Assembly (NCBI GenBank): GCA_031381865.1
Contig: JANMYG010000098.1
Span: 1 to 49,747, forward strand
Direction: 5' to 3'
Length of the DNA stretch: 49,747 nt
Source: Betaproteobacteria bacterium
GTDB taxonomy: Bacteria; Pseudomonadota; Gammaproteobacteria; Burkholderiales; Burkholderiaceae_C
This document shows, one piece after another, positions 21,916 through 33,893 of this stretch (within the stretch, counting starts at the first letter, position 1; every line of letters begins with the position of its first letter). Below the pieces are notes generated by a model. That model ran no database searches. It was given only the letters and a program-made list of their open reading frames with translations, and was not told where the DNA came from. The translations under genes and the position numbers were made by a program.

Positions 21916-22683
21916 ATGCGCAACATGGACGCTCCCGCATTGCCCTGGCTGGCCCCGGGAGAGGCGTTCCCACCGGTCGGGCAGGCATGGGGCCAGGACT
22001 CCGACGCGCCGGGTTTGCTGGCGGCCGGGGGCAGACTCGACGCGCCCACGCTGTGCGACGCCTACGCCCACGGTATCTTTCCGTGGTTCAGCGACGGGCA
22101 GCCGATCCTGTGGTGGAGTCCGGACCCACGTATGGTGTTGCAGGTCGCGCAGTTTCAGTTGCACCACTCGTTGCGCAAGACACTGCGGCGCTTCAGCGCG
22201 TCACCGACGTGCGAGATCCGCTTCGATACGTCTTTTGCGGACCTGATCCACCAATGTGCCGAGCGCCCGCGCGAGGGATCGACCGGCACCTGGATCGTGC
22301 CAGAAATGGAACGCGCGTATTTGGGCCTGCACGAGGCCGGCGTTGCACACAGCGTGGAGACCTGGATCGACGGAGAAATGGTTGGCGGGTTGTACTGCGT
22401 GGCACTGGGCCGGGCCGTGTTTGGCGAATCCATGTTCAGTCTGCGGCCGGATGCTTCGAAGATCGCCCTGGCCGCCCTGACATGTTTTTGTCGCACCCAC
22501 GGTATTGCAGCCATCGACTGCCAGCAAAATACGCCGCACTTGGCGTCGCTTGGCGCGGCAGAGATGCCGCGCTCGCAGTTCCTGGCCCAATGCGCCGTTG
22601 CGATGCGCGAGCGAGCGCCGACATGGAATTTCGAGCCTCTATACTGGCGAGAACTCCTGCCCGAAAGGCCCGTGGACCAGTGA
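21916..22683 (+). CDS. aat: Leucyl/phenylalanyl-tRNA-protein transferase
   Basis: [61 protein letters not shown]; start approximate. Confidence 0.93.
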   Translation: MRNMDAPALPWLAPGEAFPPVGQAWGQDSDAPGLLAAGGRLDAPTLCDAYAHGIFPWFSDGQPILWWSPDPRMVLQVAQFQLHHSLRKTLRRFSASPTCEIRFDTSFADLIHQCAERPREGSTGTWIVPEMERAYLGLHEAGVAHSVETWIDGEMVGGLYCVALGRAVFGESMFSLRPDASKIALAALTCFCRTHGIAAIDCQQNTPHLASLGAAEMPRSQFLAQCAVAMRERAPTWNFEPLYWRELLPERPVDQ

Positions 22684-23420
22684 CCCATCTCAAGGATCTT
22701 CCGCTCCAGACCTTGCAGTTTTATGCAACGGCGCCTTACCCGTGCAGCTACCTCAGCGGCAGGCAGGCCCGTTCCCAGGTGGCCACGCCGAGCCACCTGA
22801 TCAACAACGCGACTTACTCCGATCTGGTCAGCCAGGGCTTCCGGCGCAGCGGCCTGTTCACCTACCGCCCGCACTGCGACGGCTGTATGGCCTGCACACC
22901 GCTGCGCGTGCTTGCCAGTGCTTTTGCGCCCGATAGAAGCCAGCGCCGGGCATGGCGCCGACATCATAATTTGCTGGCGCGCGTCACCAAGCTGTGTTTC
23001 ATGCCGGAGCATTACGAGCTGTATTTGCGGTACCAGAACGGGCGACACGCCGGCGGCGGGATGGATCAGGACAGCGTCGAGCAATACACGCAGTTCCTGC
23101 TTCAAAGCCGCGTCAACTCGCGCCTGGTGGAGTTCAGGGAACCCCTGGCCGACGCAACCGGCGGGACGCTGCGCATGGTGTCGATCCTGGACGTACTCGA
23201 AGACGGTCTGTCGGCGGTATACACATTCTATGAACCCGACCAGCGGGCCAGTTACGGCACCTACAACGTGTTGTGGCAAATCCAGCAGGCGCGCCAACTC
23301 GGCTTGCCGCACCTATATCTGGGATACTGGATCGGCGCCAGCCCCAAGATGAGCTACAAGGCCAGGTTTCATCCACAGCAGATCCTCGTGGATGGCGCTT
23401 GGCGCAGCTCCCCGACCTAG
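22680..23420 (+). CDS. bpt: Arginyltransferase-like aspartate/glutamate leucyltransferase (Bpt/Ate)
   Basis: [47 protein letters not shown]; GTG start overlaps the aat stop (GTGA). Confidence 0.88.
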   Translation: MTHLKDLPLQTLQFYATAPYPCSYLSGRQARSQVATPSHLINNATYSDLVSQGFRRSGLFTYRPHCDGCMACTPLRVLASAFAPDRSQRRAWRRHHNLLARVTKLCFMPEHYELYLRYQNGRHAGGGMDQDSVEQYTQFLLQSRVNSRLVEFREPLADATGGTLRMVSILDVLEDGLSAVYTFYEPDQRASYGTYNVLWQIQQARQLGLPHLYLGYWIGASPKMSYKARFHPQQILVDGAWRSSPT

Positions 23421-23505
23421 GGCACACCAGCCGCTGCCCAGCCGGATCCGGCGCATCCGGTTCAACGATGTCCACCATAGAACTCGCCAGCGCCAGGAGC
23501 TCCGC

Positions 23506-24297
23506 TTGAAGAAACAAGACCCCGATATCGTCGCGTCACCGGCAGTACAGGTGATCGAGCGCATGTTCTCGCTGATCGACGTACTGGCCTCGCGGGAGGA
23601 TGCGATCTCGCTCAAGGAGATCAGCGAAAGGACCGGCCTGCACCCGTCGACCGCGCACCGGATACTGAACGACCTGGCAATCGGGCGCTTCGTCGAACGC
23701 CCGCAACCGGGTAGCTACAGATTAGGCATGCGCCTGCTGGAGCTTGGCAACCTGGTCAAAGGCCGGCTGAGCGTGCGCGACGCCGCACTGCTGCCGATGC
23801 GCGACCTGCACAAGAGAATCCAGCAACCGGTCAACCTGAGCATGCGCCAGGGAGATGAAATCGTCTACGTGGAGCGGGCATTCAGCGAGCGCTCCGGGAT
23901 GCAGGTTGTGCGCGCCATCGGTGGCAGGGCGCCACTGCACCTCACATCGGTCGGCAAGTTGTTTCTCGCCGCCGATGACGCGCCGCGCATCCGCGCCTAC
24001 GCCGGCCGCACCGGCCTGAACGGGCAGACCAAGAACAGCATCACGCAACTCTCAACGCTGGAACGGGAACTGGCCCGTGTGCGGCAGTTTCACTATGCCC
24101 AGGACAACGAGGAACTGGAACTGGGCGTGCGCTGCATGGCTGCAGGCATCTATGACGATCAGGGCAAGCTGGTGGCCGGGCTCTCGATCTCGGCACCGGC
24201 CAGCCGGATGGATGAAGCCTGGCTGGCGCAGCTACAGGCCACAGCCCAGGAAATTTCGCACACGCTTGGCTTTGCCCAAGGGGCCGCCCGAGGCTGA
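23506..24297 (+). CDS. IclR family transcriptional regulator
   Basis: HTH LKEISERTGLHPSTAHRIL, PLHLTSVGKLFLA, DNEELELGVRCMA; TTG start with AGGAG RBS. Confidence 0.9.
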   Translation: MKKQDPDIVASPAVQVIERMFSLIDVLASREDAISLKEISERTGLHPSTAHRILNDLAIGRFVERPQPGSYRLGMRLLELGNLVKGRLSVRDAALLPMRDLHKRIQQPVNLSMRQGDEIVYVERAFSERSGMQVVRAIGGRAPLHLTSVGKLFLAADDAPRIRAYAGRTGLNGQTKNSITQLSTLERELARVRQFHYAQDNEELELGVRCMAAGIYDDQGKLVAGLSISAPASRMDEAWLAQLQATAQEISHTLGFAQGAARG

Positions 24298-24303
24298 CGC
24301 AGC

Positions 24304-25314
24304 TTACACGAGGGGCTTGGGCAGCGGGATCGACTCGACCCATCGCCGAACGCGTTCGGCGTCGCCCAGACGACTGAGCTTGCCGGCCGAATCCAGAAAC
24401 ACCATGATCAGTTTTCGCCCCGCCACGGTGGTCTGCATCACCAGGCAACGCCCCGCCTCGGAGATGTAGCCGGTCTTCTGCAGACCAATCTGCCAACCCG
24501 GATTGCTTACCAGGCGGTTGGTATTGTTGAACTGGAGCATCCGATTGCCGACCGATACCTCGTAGCGTGGTGAGGTGGACAACTCACGCAAGGTGGCATC
24601 GCCGTGCGCCACGTTGACCAGCCTGGCCAAATCCTGGGCGCTGGACTGGTTCTTGCTCGACAGCCCAGTCGGCTCGACATAACGGGTATCGGCCATGCCA
24701 AGTGCGCGCGCCTTCTCATTCATCAGTCGGACGAAGGTTGCCAAGCCACCGGGGAAACTGCGCCCCAGCGCATTGGCTGCACGGTTCTCGCTAGACATCA
24801 GCGCCAAATGCATCAATTCGCCGCGGCTGAGTTCGGTGCCGACCTTCAAACGCGAATGGCTGCCCTTTTCGGTATCGACATCGTCCTGGGATATCGCGAT
24901 CATCTCGTCCATCGGAAGCTTGGCGTCAATGATGATCAGCCCGGTCATGAGTTTGGTCAGCGAAGCGATCGGCAACACGGCCTGCTCGTTCTTGCGGAAC
25001 AAGACCTCCCGTGTGTCTTGGTCGATGACCAACGCGACGCTGGATTTCAATTCGAGTTGATCATGCTGCAGGTGCAGCCCGGCAATTTCACCAAACGAGG
25101 GCTTGGCAGGTGTTGCCGCCACCAAGACAACTCGTTTGCGCTTGACCACCGTCGCCTTGACGGCCGTGCGTTTTGCCGCCACCGGGTTCTTCGACGCCTT
25201 GCTGGCCGCACTCGCGGGCAATGCAACCAACGACGCCGCAGTGAACAAGGACAAAACCAGCAACCGTGTGACTTGATTCAATTGAGGCCTCGACGCATCA
25301 AAATGGGGCACCAT
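24304..25314 (-). CDS. pbpG: D-alanyl-D-alanine endopeptidase (PBP7 family)
   Basis: SxxK (ASLTKL), SxN (SSEN), KTG (QKTGYISEAGRCL); signal peptide. Confidence 0.88.
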   Translation of the reverse strand: MVPHFDASRPQLNQVTRLLVLSLFTAASLVALPASAASKASKNPVAAKRTAVKATVVKRKRVVLVAATPAKPSFGEIAGLHLQHDQLELKSSVALVIDQDTREVLFRKNEQAVLPIASLTKLMTGLIIIDAKLPMDEMIAISQDDVDTEKGSHSRLKVGTELSRGELMHLALMSSENRAANALGRSFPGGLATFVRLMNEKARALGMADTRYVEPTGLSSKNQSSAQDLARLVNVAHGDATLRELSTSPRYEVSVGNRMLQFNNTNRLVSNPGWQIGLQKTGYISEAGRCLVMQTTVAGRKLIMVFLDSAGKLSRLGDAERVRRWVESIPLPKPLV

Positions 25315-25360
25315 GACAGCGGAATCGCTGCAAGGTCTCGTGTGTTGACAGTTTAAACAG

Positions 25361-25398
25361 AAAAGTCACACAAGATCAACTACTTGCGTGACTTTTTT
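25361..25398. terminator. Hairpin downstream of leuA (possible terminator)
   Basis: AAAAGTCAC...GTGACTTTT inverted repeat with inner CAAG/CTTG. Confidence 0.45.
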
Positions 25399-25427
25399 AA
25401 AGTTGCCAGGTAATTCAGGCGCTAATC

Positions 25428-26966
25428 TTAGCCTTGTGCCGACACTCGTTCAGCTTTGCTGTGTAACTTGTTGAGCGCACTAAGGTATGCCTTGGCCGAC
25501 GCAACCACAATATCCGGGTCGGCGCCCACACCGTTGACCACCCGCCCGCTGTTTTGCAGCCGCACCGTCACCTCTCCCTGGCTTTCAGTGGAACCGCTGA
25601 TCGCATTGACTGAGTACAAGACCATTTCCGCACCGCTCTTGACATGGATTTCGATGGCCTTGAGGGAAGCATCCACCGGGCCATTGCCGTCCGACGTACC
25701 CTTGACCTCCTTGCCTTCCACGGTGATCACAATGGTCGCGTGCGGGCGTTCACCGGTTTCACTCTGCTGCGACAGCGACACGAAACCGTAGTGTTCGTTG
25801 TCGTGGGTCACGCTTTCATCGTTCACCAGGGCAAGGATGTCTTCATCGAAGATTTCGCTCTTGCGGTCCGCCAGCTCCTTGAAGCGGGCGAAGGCGGTGT
25901 TGACGTCGGCTTCGCTGTCCATCGCCACGCCGAGTTCCACCAGGCGTTGCTTGAAGGCATTGCGGCCGCTGAGCTTGCCCAACACGATCTTGTTGGCTGA
26001 CCAGCCGACATCTTCAGCACGCATGATCTCGTAGGTGTCCCGGGCCTTGAGCACGCCGTCCTGGTGGATGCCCGAGGCGTGGGCAAAAGCATTCGCACCC
26101 ACCACGGCCTTGTTGGGCTGCACTACAAAACCCGTCGTCTGGCTGACCATCCGGCTGGCCGCAAGGATGTGCTGGGTATCGATACGCATGTCCAGGTCAA
26201 AATAGTCCCGGCGGGTCTTGACGGCCATCACGACCTCTTCCAGCGAGCAGTTGCCGGCGCGTTCGCCCAACCCGTTGATCGTGCACTCGACCTGGCGCGC
26301 ACCACCGATCTTGACGCCGGCCAGCGAATTGGCAACTGCCATCCCGAGGTCGTTGTGGCAATGCACCGACCAGACCGCCTTGTCGCTGTTCGGAATGCGT
26401 TCGCGCAGGGTTCTGATGAAATTTCCGTACAGTTCGGGAATGGCGTAACCCACCGTGTCCGGCACATTGATCGTGGTCGCGCCCTCCGCGATGGCTGCCT
26501 CGATGACGCGGCACAGGAAATCGACGTCGCTGCGATAACCGTCCTCAGGGCTGAACTCCACATCGGCGACGAGATTGCGCGCAAAACGGACCGCCTGCCT
26601 GGCCTGCTCGAATACCTGGTCGGGCGTCATGCGCAGTTTCTTCTCCATGTGCAGCGCGGAAGTAGCGATGAAGGTATGGATCCGGGCATTGCCGGCACCG
26701 TGCAAGGCTTCAGCCGCACGGGATATGTCACGGTCGTTCGCGCGCGACAGCGAACAGATGGTCGAGTCCTTGATTGCATTGGCGATCGCCTGAACGGCCT
26801 CGAAATCTCCGTTTGAACTGGCCGCGAACCCGGCTTCGATCACGTCCACCCGCAGGCGCTCGAGCTGCCTCGCAATGCGCAGTTTTTCATCCCGCGTCAT
26901 CGACGCACCGGGCGATTGCTCGCCATCACGCAAGGTAGTGTCAAAAATAATCAATTTGTCGGACAT
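25428..26966 (-). CDS. leuA: 2-isopropylmalate synthase
   Basis: [39 protein letters not shown]-terminal regulatory GNGPVDA. Confidence 0.97.
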   Translation of the reverse strand: MSDKLIIFDTTLRDGEQSPGASMTRDEKLRIARQLERLRVDVIEAGFAASSNGDFEAVQAIANAIKDSTICSLSRANDRDISRAAEALHGAGNARIHTFIATSALHMEKKLRMTPDQVFEQARQAVRFARNLVADVEFSPEDGYRSDVDFLCRVIEAAIAEGATTINVPDTVGYAIPELYGNFIRTLRERIPNSDKAVWSVHCHNDLGMAVANSLAGVKIGGARQVECTINGLGERAGNCSLEEVVMAVKTRRDYFDLDMRIDTQHILAASRMVSQTTGFVVQPNKAVVGANAFAHASGIHQDGVLKARDTYEIMRAEDVGWSANKIVLGKLSGRNAFKQRLVELGVAMDSEADVNTAFARFKELADRKSEIFDEDILALVNDESVTHDNEHYGFVSLSQQSETGERPHATIVITVEGKEVKGTSDGNGPVDASLKAIEIHVKSGAEMVLYSVNAISGSTESQGEVTVRLQNSGRVVNGVGADPDIVVASAKAYLSALNKLHSKAERVSAQG

Positions 26967-27136
26967 GCGAGGCTCCTGGATTCGGGGGTGGACATGTTGC
27001 ACGGGCACCAGAGGGTGGACCGCAGGAAGAAGTCGGTACGTAGCCGATCGTCGGGCAGTACCAGCAATGGGGCGTCAGGTGCTTTGACGGGGTGTTCCAG
27101 CATCATGTTTCCTTGGTTTTGCCAAACCAGCAACCC

Positions 27137-27173
27137 AAAACAACACGGCTCGTTGCTGGTGCATACGAGCCGT
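27137..27173 (-). terminator. Attenuator-type terminator in the leuA leader
   Basis: ACGGCTCGT-ATGCACCAGCA-ACGAGCCGT followed by GTTGTTTT on the minus strand. Confidence 0.6.
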
Positions 27174-27191
27174 CTGATCGATTAGCGCACG

Positions 27192-27248
27192 CTACCGTCT
27201 TCGCCCGTAAAAGGGTTGCAGTAGTAGCAGCAGCGCGTTCAGTTTCAT
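27192..27248 (-). CDS. leuA leader peptide MKLNALLLLLQPFYGRRR
   Basis: ATG AAA CTG AAC GCG CTG CTG CTA CTA CTG CAA...TAG; five consecutive Leu codons, two of them rare CTA, upstream of leuA. Confidence 0.85.
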   Translation of the reverse strand: MKLNALLLLLQPFYGRRR

Positions 27249-27308
27249 GTCGGCAATATAGCAGAAAATCTGCGTCGCCGCGCCGACTTGCCGGCGCGAC
27301 CGACCGGC

Positions 27309-28121
27309 TCAATGCAACCCGCGCTCGTCTGGCTCGTCGGTCGAGGTACTGATGACGCTGGTTTGCATGCCCTTGGCCTTGCGCCAGATGTAAATCACAT
27401 AACCACTCACACCATAAGCCACGAAGACGGCAAGCATCACCGAGGCCGGTTCGATACTGACCGCGCCGATGGCCAGGGCCACCAACACGATCACGACAAA
27501 AGGCACGCTCTTTTTCATGCCGATGTCCTTGAAACTGTAGAACGGCACGTTGGTCACCATGGTCAGACCCGCATAAAGAGCCAGCCCGAACATCGGCCAT
27601 GCGACGCTCGGGCCCTTGATGCCCTGTTCGGTCATCAACAGGATGAACCCGGCTATCAGCGCGGCAGCGGCCGGCGACGGCAACCCCTGAAAATAACGCT
27701 TGTCGACAACCGCCGTGTTGACATTGAATCGCGCCAGTCGCAAGGCGGCGCAGGCACAGTAGACGAATGCCGCGATCCAGCCCCATCGGCCCAGCCCCCG
27801 CAATGCCCATTCATACGAAATGAGCGCTGGCGCAGCGCCGAAAGACACCATGTCCGACAACGAATCCATCTGCTCGCCGAAGGCGCTCTGCGTATTGGTC
27901 ATGCGTGCGACACGTCCATCGAGGCTGTCGAGAACCATCGCGCAGAAAACCCCGATGGCGGCCATGTCGAAGCGGCCATTCATGGCCATCACGATTGAAT
28001 AAAAGCCGCCAAACAACGCCGCCAGCGTCACCAGGTTGGGCAGGATGTAGATGCCCTTGCGGCGCTTGCGAATGACGAGCGTGTCGCCTTCGCCAAGTTC
28101 AGAATCCAGACTGTCTGGCAT
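27309..28121 (-). CDS. pssA: CDP-diacylglycerol-serine O-phosphatidyltransferase
   Basis: YILPNLVT, DSLDGRVAR, FGEQMDSLSDMVSFG, LRLARFN, FQGLPSP; GGAGG RBS. Confidence 0.93.
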   Translation of the reverse strand: MPDSLDSELGEGDTLVIRKRRKGIYILPNLVTLAALFGGFYSIVMAMNGRFDMAAIGVFCAMVLDSLDGRVARMTNTQSAFGEQMDSLSDMVSFGAAPALISYEWALRGLGRWGWIAAFVYCACAALRLARFNVNTAVVDKRYFQGLPSPAAAALIAGFILLMTEQGIKGPSVAWPMFGLALYAGLTMVTNVPFYSFKDIGMKKSVPFVVIVLVALAIGAVSIEPASVMLAVFVAYGVSGYVIYIWRKAKGMQTSVISTSTDEPDERGLH

Positions 28122-28315
28122 GTTGTAACCTCCGACCCCGTCATTCGGGCGCGATTGGGTAACGATAAACAGACCGTCTTCCCGGCCCGAAGGACCGCGA
28201 CCATCGGGCATTCTCGGCCTGCGGGGCGGACATGTCCGGCCGCCGACCGCCAGTTTTCGCCCAGTGTAAGTCAGGCCCAAGCGCGCAGCGCCTGACCTGC
28301 TGGCCATGACAGGAC

Positions 28316-28337
28316 AAAGGCCACCGCGGTGGCCTTT
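28316..28337 (-). terminator. Terminator hairpin after ilvC
   Basis: Perfect palindrome AAAGGCCACCGCGGTGGCCTTT. Confidence 0.65.
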
Positions 28338-28359
28338 CCTGGTCAGAAACTTGAAAACG

Positions 28360-29891
<1,532 letters not shown>

Positions 29892-30090
29892 CTGGACTCC
29901 TCTTTTCGCTACCCTCCCCTGTCTGCGGTAACAAACAGGCTTGGCAGGCAATAGACTCATCAATAGGTTTTGGGACCAGGATCGGGGATGCGTGACGCGG
30001 CGCTGGAAATACGCATCCGATCAACTGGGCTCGGTGCTTCGAGAACGACGGACGCCGCCATGCATCGCGGCGCCCTCGCTTCACGACGTC

Positions 30091-31890
30091 TCAAAGGTCC
30101 TCCGATCCAAGCAGCATCTCGGTGATGCCCATGCCGGCCTTGACCATCGGAAACACGTTCTCGGTCGGATCGGTACGGAAATCCATGAATACGGTGCGAT
30201 CCTTGAGTTTGCGCGCCTCGCGCAGAGCCGGCTCGACGTCCTGCGGGCGCTCGATCAACATCCCGACGTGCCCATAGGCCTCCGCCAACTTGACGAAATT
30301 TGGCAGCGCATCCATGTAGCTGTGGCTGTAACGGCCTTCATAATCGATCTCCTGCCACTGGCGCACCATGCCAAGGTACCGATTGTTGAGGGACACGATC
30401 TTGATCGGGGTGTTGTATTGCAGGCAGGTCGACAACTCCTGTATGCACATCTGGACCGAGCCTTCACCGGTGATGCAGAACACCTCGTTGTCCGGTTTTG
30501 CCAGCTTGATCCCCATCGCATACGGAATGCCTACACCCATGGTTCCCAGGCCACCGGAATTGATCCAGCGCCGCGGCTGATCGAAGCGGTAGTACTGGGC
30601 GGCCCACATCTGGTGCTGCCCGACGTCGGACGTGATGTAGGTCTCGGTGTCCTTGGTCATGTTCCAGAGCGTCTCGACCACGTATTGCGGCTTGATGACG
30701 TCGCCCTTGCCATGGTCGTACTTCAGGCATTCGCGCTTGCGCCAGAGCTCAATCGTCTCCCACCACGCAGCCAGTGCGTTGGCATCCGGTCGGACGCTGC
30801 CTTCGCGAATCATCGAAATCATCTCGGTGAGCACGTCCTTGACGTCGCCCACGATCGGGATATCCACTTTGACCCGCTTGGAGATACTCGACGGATCGAT
30901 GTCGATGTGGATGATCTTGCGCTCGTTCTGCGCGAAGTGCTTCGGATTGCCGATCACCCGATCGTCGAAGCGAGCGCCCACGGCAAGCAAGACGTCGCAA
31001 TTCTGCATCGCGTTATTGGCCTCGATCGTCCCATGCATCCCCAGCATGCCCAGGAACTTCCTGTCGCTTGCCGGATAGGCGCCCAGACCCATCAAGGTAT
31101 TGGTGCACGGGTACCCCAGCATATCCACCAGCGCGCGTAGTTCGGATGACGCATTGCTCATCAACACACCGCCACCGGTGTAGATATACGGGCGCTTGGC
31201 CGTCAGCAACAGCTGCAGCGCCTTGCGGATCTGTCCCCCGTGGCCCTTGCGAACCGGGTTGTAGGAACGCATCTCGATCGACTTCGGATACCCCGCAAAC
31301 GCTGTTTTCTTGTACGACACGTCCTTCGGAATATCCACCACCACCGGGCCGGGACGGCCGCTGCGGGCGATGTGAAACGCCTTCTTCATTACGTCGGCCA
31401 TGTCACGCACGTCCTTCACCAGGAAGTTGTGCTTGACTATGGGCCGCGTGATGCCGACCGTGTCGCACTCCTGAAAGGCGTCCAGGCCGATCGCGTGGGT
31501 GGGTACCTGCCCGGTCACGATGACCATCGGGATGCTGTCCATGTAGGCGGTGGCGATGCCCGTGACAGCATTGGTGACGCCTGGGCCGGATGTAACCAGC
31601 GCCACGCCCACTTCACCGGTGGCGCGGGCGTAACCGTCCGCGGCATGCACCGCCGCCTGCTCGTGACGCACCAGGATGTGCTGGATCGTGTCCTGCTTGT
31701 AAAAGGCGTCGTAGATGTGCAGCACCGCCCCACCGGGATAACCCCAGATGTATTTGACCCCTTCGGCTTGGAGCGCCTTGACCAGTATTTCGGCACCCCG
31801 CAACTCCGTGTCATGGGCGGTGGCGCCGGGTGCCCGGCCGTCGGGCGCTGCGGCTGATGCCGACGCGAGTTCGGCTTTGGATATTTCCAT
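30091..31890 (-). CDS. ilvI: Acetolactate synthase large subunit
   Basis: GYPGGAVL, RHEQAAVH, TSGPGVTN, DVGQHQMW, GGLGTMG, TPP motif GEGS...NNRYLGMVRQWQ. Confidence 0.96.
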   Translation of the reverse strand: MEISKAELASASAAAPDGRAPGATAHDTELRGAEILVKALQAEGVKYIWGYPGGAVLHIYDAFYKQDTIQHILVRHEQAAVHAADGYARATGEVGVALVTSGPGVTNAVTGIATAYMDSIPMVIVTGQVPTHAIGLDAFQECDTVGITRPIVKHNFLVKDVRDMADVMKKAFHIARSGRPGPVVVDIPKDVSYKKTAFAGYPKSIEMRSYNPVRKGHGGQIRKALQLLLTAKRPYIYTGGGVLMSNASSELRALVDMLGYPCTNTLMGLGAYPASDRKFLGMLGMHGTIEANNAMQNCDVLLAVGARFDDRVIGNPKHFAQNERKIIHIDIDPSSISKRVKVDIPIVGDVKDVLTEMISMIREGSVRPDANALAAWWETIELWRKRECLKYDHGKGDVIKPQYVVETLWNMTKDTETYITSDVGQHQMWAAQYYRFDQPRRWINSGGLGTMGVGIPYAMGIKLAKPDNEVFCITGEGSVQMCIQELSTCLQYNTPIKIVSLNNRYLGMVRQWQEIDYEGRYSHSYMDALPNFVKLAEAYGHVGMLIERPQDVEPALREARKLKDRTVFMDFRTDPTENVFPMVKAGMGITEMLLGSEDL

Positions 31891-32185
31891 GATGAACCTT
31901 TGTGAATTTCTCTGACGAAAGACCTTGGGTGCCCCTTCGCACACACTTGTGGTGTTGCGTCGGAACTTAAGGTCAAGGCCACAGGCGCATCGAATATTGC
32001 ACCAGACCTTGACCCGTTTGCCGTTTGAATTGCAGGTGGAATTATCGCACTGCAGCAATCCACCAGCCAAGGGTTCGGAAAATTGCCGTGACCCCGATGC
32101 GATAATTTCGCGACATCGGCGGTAGTGACCGGCTATCGCGCCATGAAAATCAGTCGAATACTACGAACCTCGCTGGCCGAAAAAC

Positions 32186-32752
32186 TTGGCAACTGAACAA
32201 GAGCTCTCTGATTTCCTGAAAAGCGTCGAGAAACGCGCTTTCAAACGTTCGGTCTACCACGTTCGCAACGAGGAGTCGGCATTGGACATCGTGCAGGACA
32301 GCATGATGAAACTGGCCGAGCATTACGGTGACAAGCCAGCATCCGAACTGCCGATGCTGTTTCAAAGGATCCTGGTCAATTGCACCCTTGACTGGTTCAG
32401 GCGCAACAAGACCAGGAACGCGTTATTCTCCAATCTGAGTGACTTCGAATCCCCCGGCGAGGACGGGGATTTCGATCTGCTGGAAACTTATTCCGGCCTG
32501 GAGGAATCGCAACAGACAGAAAGCGCGGAAGATACGACCCGGCGAGCGCAAATCCTGCGCGGCATCGAAATCGAGATCGAGCAACTGCCCGGACGTCAAC
32601 GGGAAGCCTTCATGATGCGTTACTGGGAGGAAATGGACGTGGCTGAAACAGCTGCGGCCATGGGCTGTTCGGAAGGCAGTGTCAAAACGCACTGCTCCCG
32701 GGCTGTCCAGGCCCTGAGCAAGGCACTTCGGGCAAAGGGAATCACTTTATGA
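32186..32752 (+). CDS. ECF RNA polymerase sigma factor
   Basis: Region 2 (DIVQDSMMKL...NCTLDWFRR) and region 4 (LPGRQREAF...ETAAAMGCSEGSVKTHCSRA); TTG start. Confidence 0.9.
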   Translation: MATEQELSDFLKSVEKRAFKRSVYHVRNEESALDIVQDSMMKLAEHYGDKPASELPMLFQRILVNCTLDWFRRNKTRNALFSNLSDFESPGEDGDFDLLETYSGLEESQQTESAEDTTRRAQILRGIEIEIEQLPGRQREAFMMRYWEEMDVAETAAAMGCSEGSVKTHCSRAVQALSKALRAKGITL

Positions 32753-33186
32753 CCAATTCGCACCAACATCACGCAGAAATACTTCAGGACCGTTATGGGC
32801 TGAAGGTTGCTGCGCGCCTGTCGGCTGGCGCGGCGGAGCTGCCCCACGACATTTCCGAGCGGTTGCGGGTCGTCCGGGCGCAAGCGATAACCAAACGCAA
32901 GGTCCACAAGCTCGTCGGCGCGACGTCCGTGGTGGGATCGGGCGGCGCCGTCACCCTCGGTTTCGATGAGGAAGGGCTCGGCTGGTGGGGTCGCATCGCC
33001 TCTGCCCTGCCATTGCTCGCGCTGGCGTTCGGTCTGATTGCCATCAATGCGATACAGAACGACAACTTCGCCAACGAATTGGCCGTGGTGGATGTGGCGT
33101 TGCTGATCGATGACCTGCCGCCGGCGGCTTACGCCGACCCGGGATTCGTGCAATTCATCAAACGCGGCCCAATCGAGGCGCAATAG
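32749..33186 (+). CDS. DUF3619-like putative anti-sigma membrane protein
   Basis: Overlaps the sigma stop (ATGA); DISERLR, one TM segment, DDLPPAAYADPGF. Confidence 0.75.
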   Translation: MTNSHQHHAEILQDRYGLKVAARLSAGAAELPHDISERLRVVRAQAITKRKVHKLVGATSVVGSGGAVTLGFDEEGLGWWGRIASALPLLALAFGLIAINAIQNDNFANELAVVDVALLIDDLPPAAYADPGFVQFIKRGPIEAQ

Positions 33187-33215
33187 GTTTGGTGCGCGGA
33201 GTTCGATCAGCACCG

Positions 33216-33881
33216 ATGCGATGGATCGGTCGTACTGGGAGCACGGTCGGGTGGCGGTTCTCGCCACTTCTCTTCGTCTTGACTCTGGCCGCTGCCAGTT
33301 CTCCCGCGTGGACCCAATCGCGGGCGCCGCTCGCACCGTCGCCCGCGACTGCGAAGGCGCCCCCTGCGGCGACGAAACCGGACTGGTCCGAATTGACGCC
33401 GGCCCAGCAGGCGGCTCTGGGCCCACTTGCGTCGGCCTGGGTCGGAATCAGCGAGGCCCAAAAGCGAAAATGGATCGCACTGTCGCAGAACTATCCCAGT
33501 TTGTCACCGACGGAGCGCGAGACCCTGCACGGGCGCATGACAGAGTGGGCGGCGCTCAGTCCGGCACAGCGCAATCAGGCGCGTATCAACTTCACCCAGA
33601 CCAAAAATCTGTCTGCGGACGAGAAAAAGGCCCAATGGGAGGCGTACCAGGCATTGAGCCCGGACCAGAAACAGCGCCTTGCGGCCGGAGCGCAGCCGAA
33701 AGCCGCTGGCGCAGCCCTTGCGGTAACCCCGGTCGCGCCCAATAAGCTCGCGGCGGTGCCGGTCACGCGATCGGAGGCGAGCAACCCTGGCGGCGCAGCA
33801 TCCCGACCGGCGAGCGGCCGGTCGGTGGCGCCACGCCCCAAGAGCAGCGGCGCGGCGTCAGCGCCGGTGGCGCAGCGCTGA
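33216..33881 (+). CDS. DUF3106-like exported protein
   Basis: Repeated W-x-x-L-S/T-P-x-Q/E units (WSELTPAQ, WAALSPAQR, YQALSPDQK); signal-like N-terminus; start approximate. Confidence 0.75.
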   Translation: MRWIGRTGSTVGWRFSPLLFVLTLAAASSPAWTQSRAPLAPSPATAKAPPAATKPDWSELTPAQQAALGPLASAWVGISEAQKRKWIALSQNYPSLSPTERETLHGRMTEWAALSPAQRNQARINFTQTKNLSADEKKAQWEAYQALSPDQKQRLAAGAQPKAAGAALAVTPVAPNKLAAVPVTRSEASNPGGAASRPASGRSVAPRPKSSGAASAPVAQR

Positions 33882-33893
33882 CGGGAACTTCTG

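Noticed and set aside
31891-32185. Possible branched-chain amino acid leader peptide upstream of ilvI
   Set aside because: Only a tiny ORF (MRLWP) without Ile/Leu/Val runs was found, with no terminator
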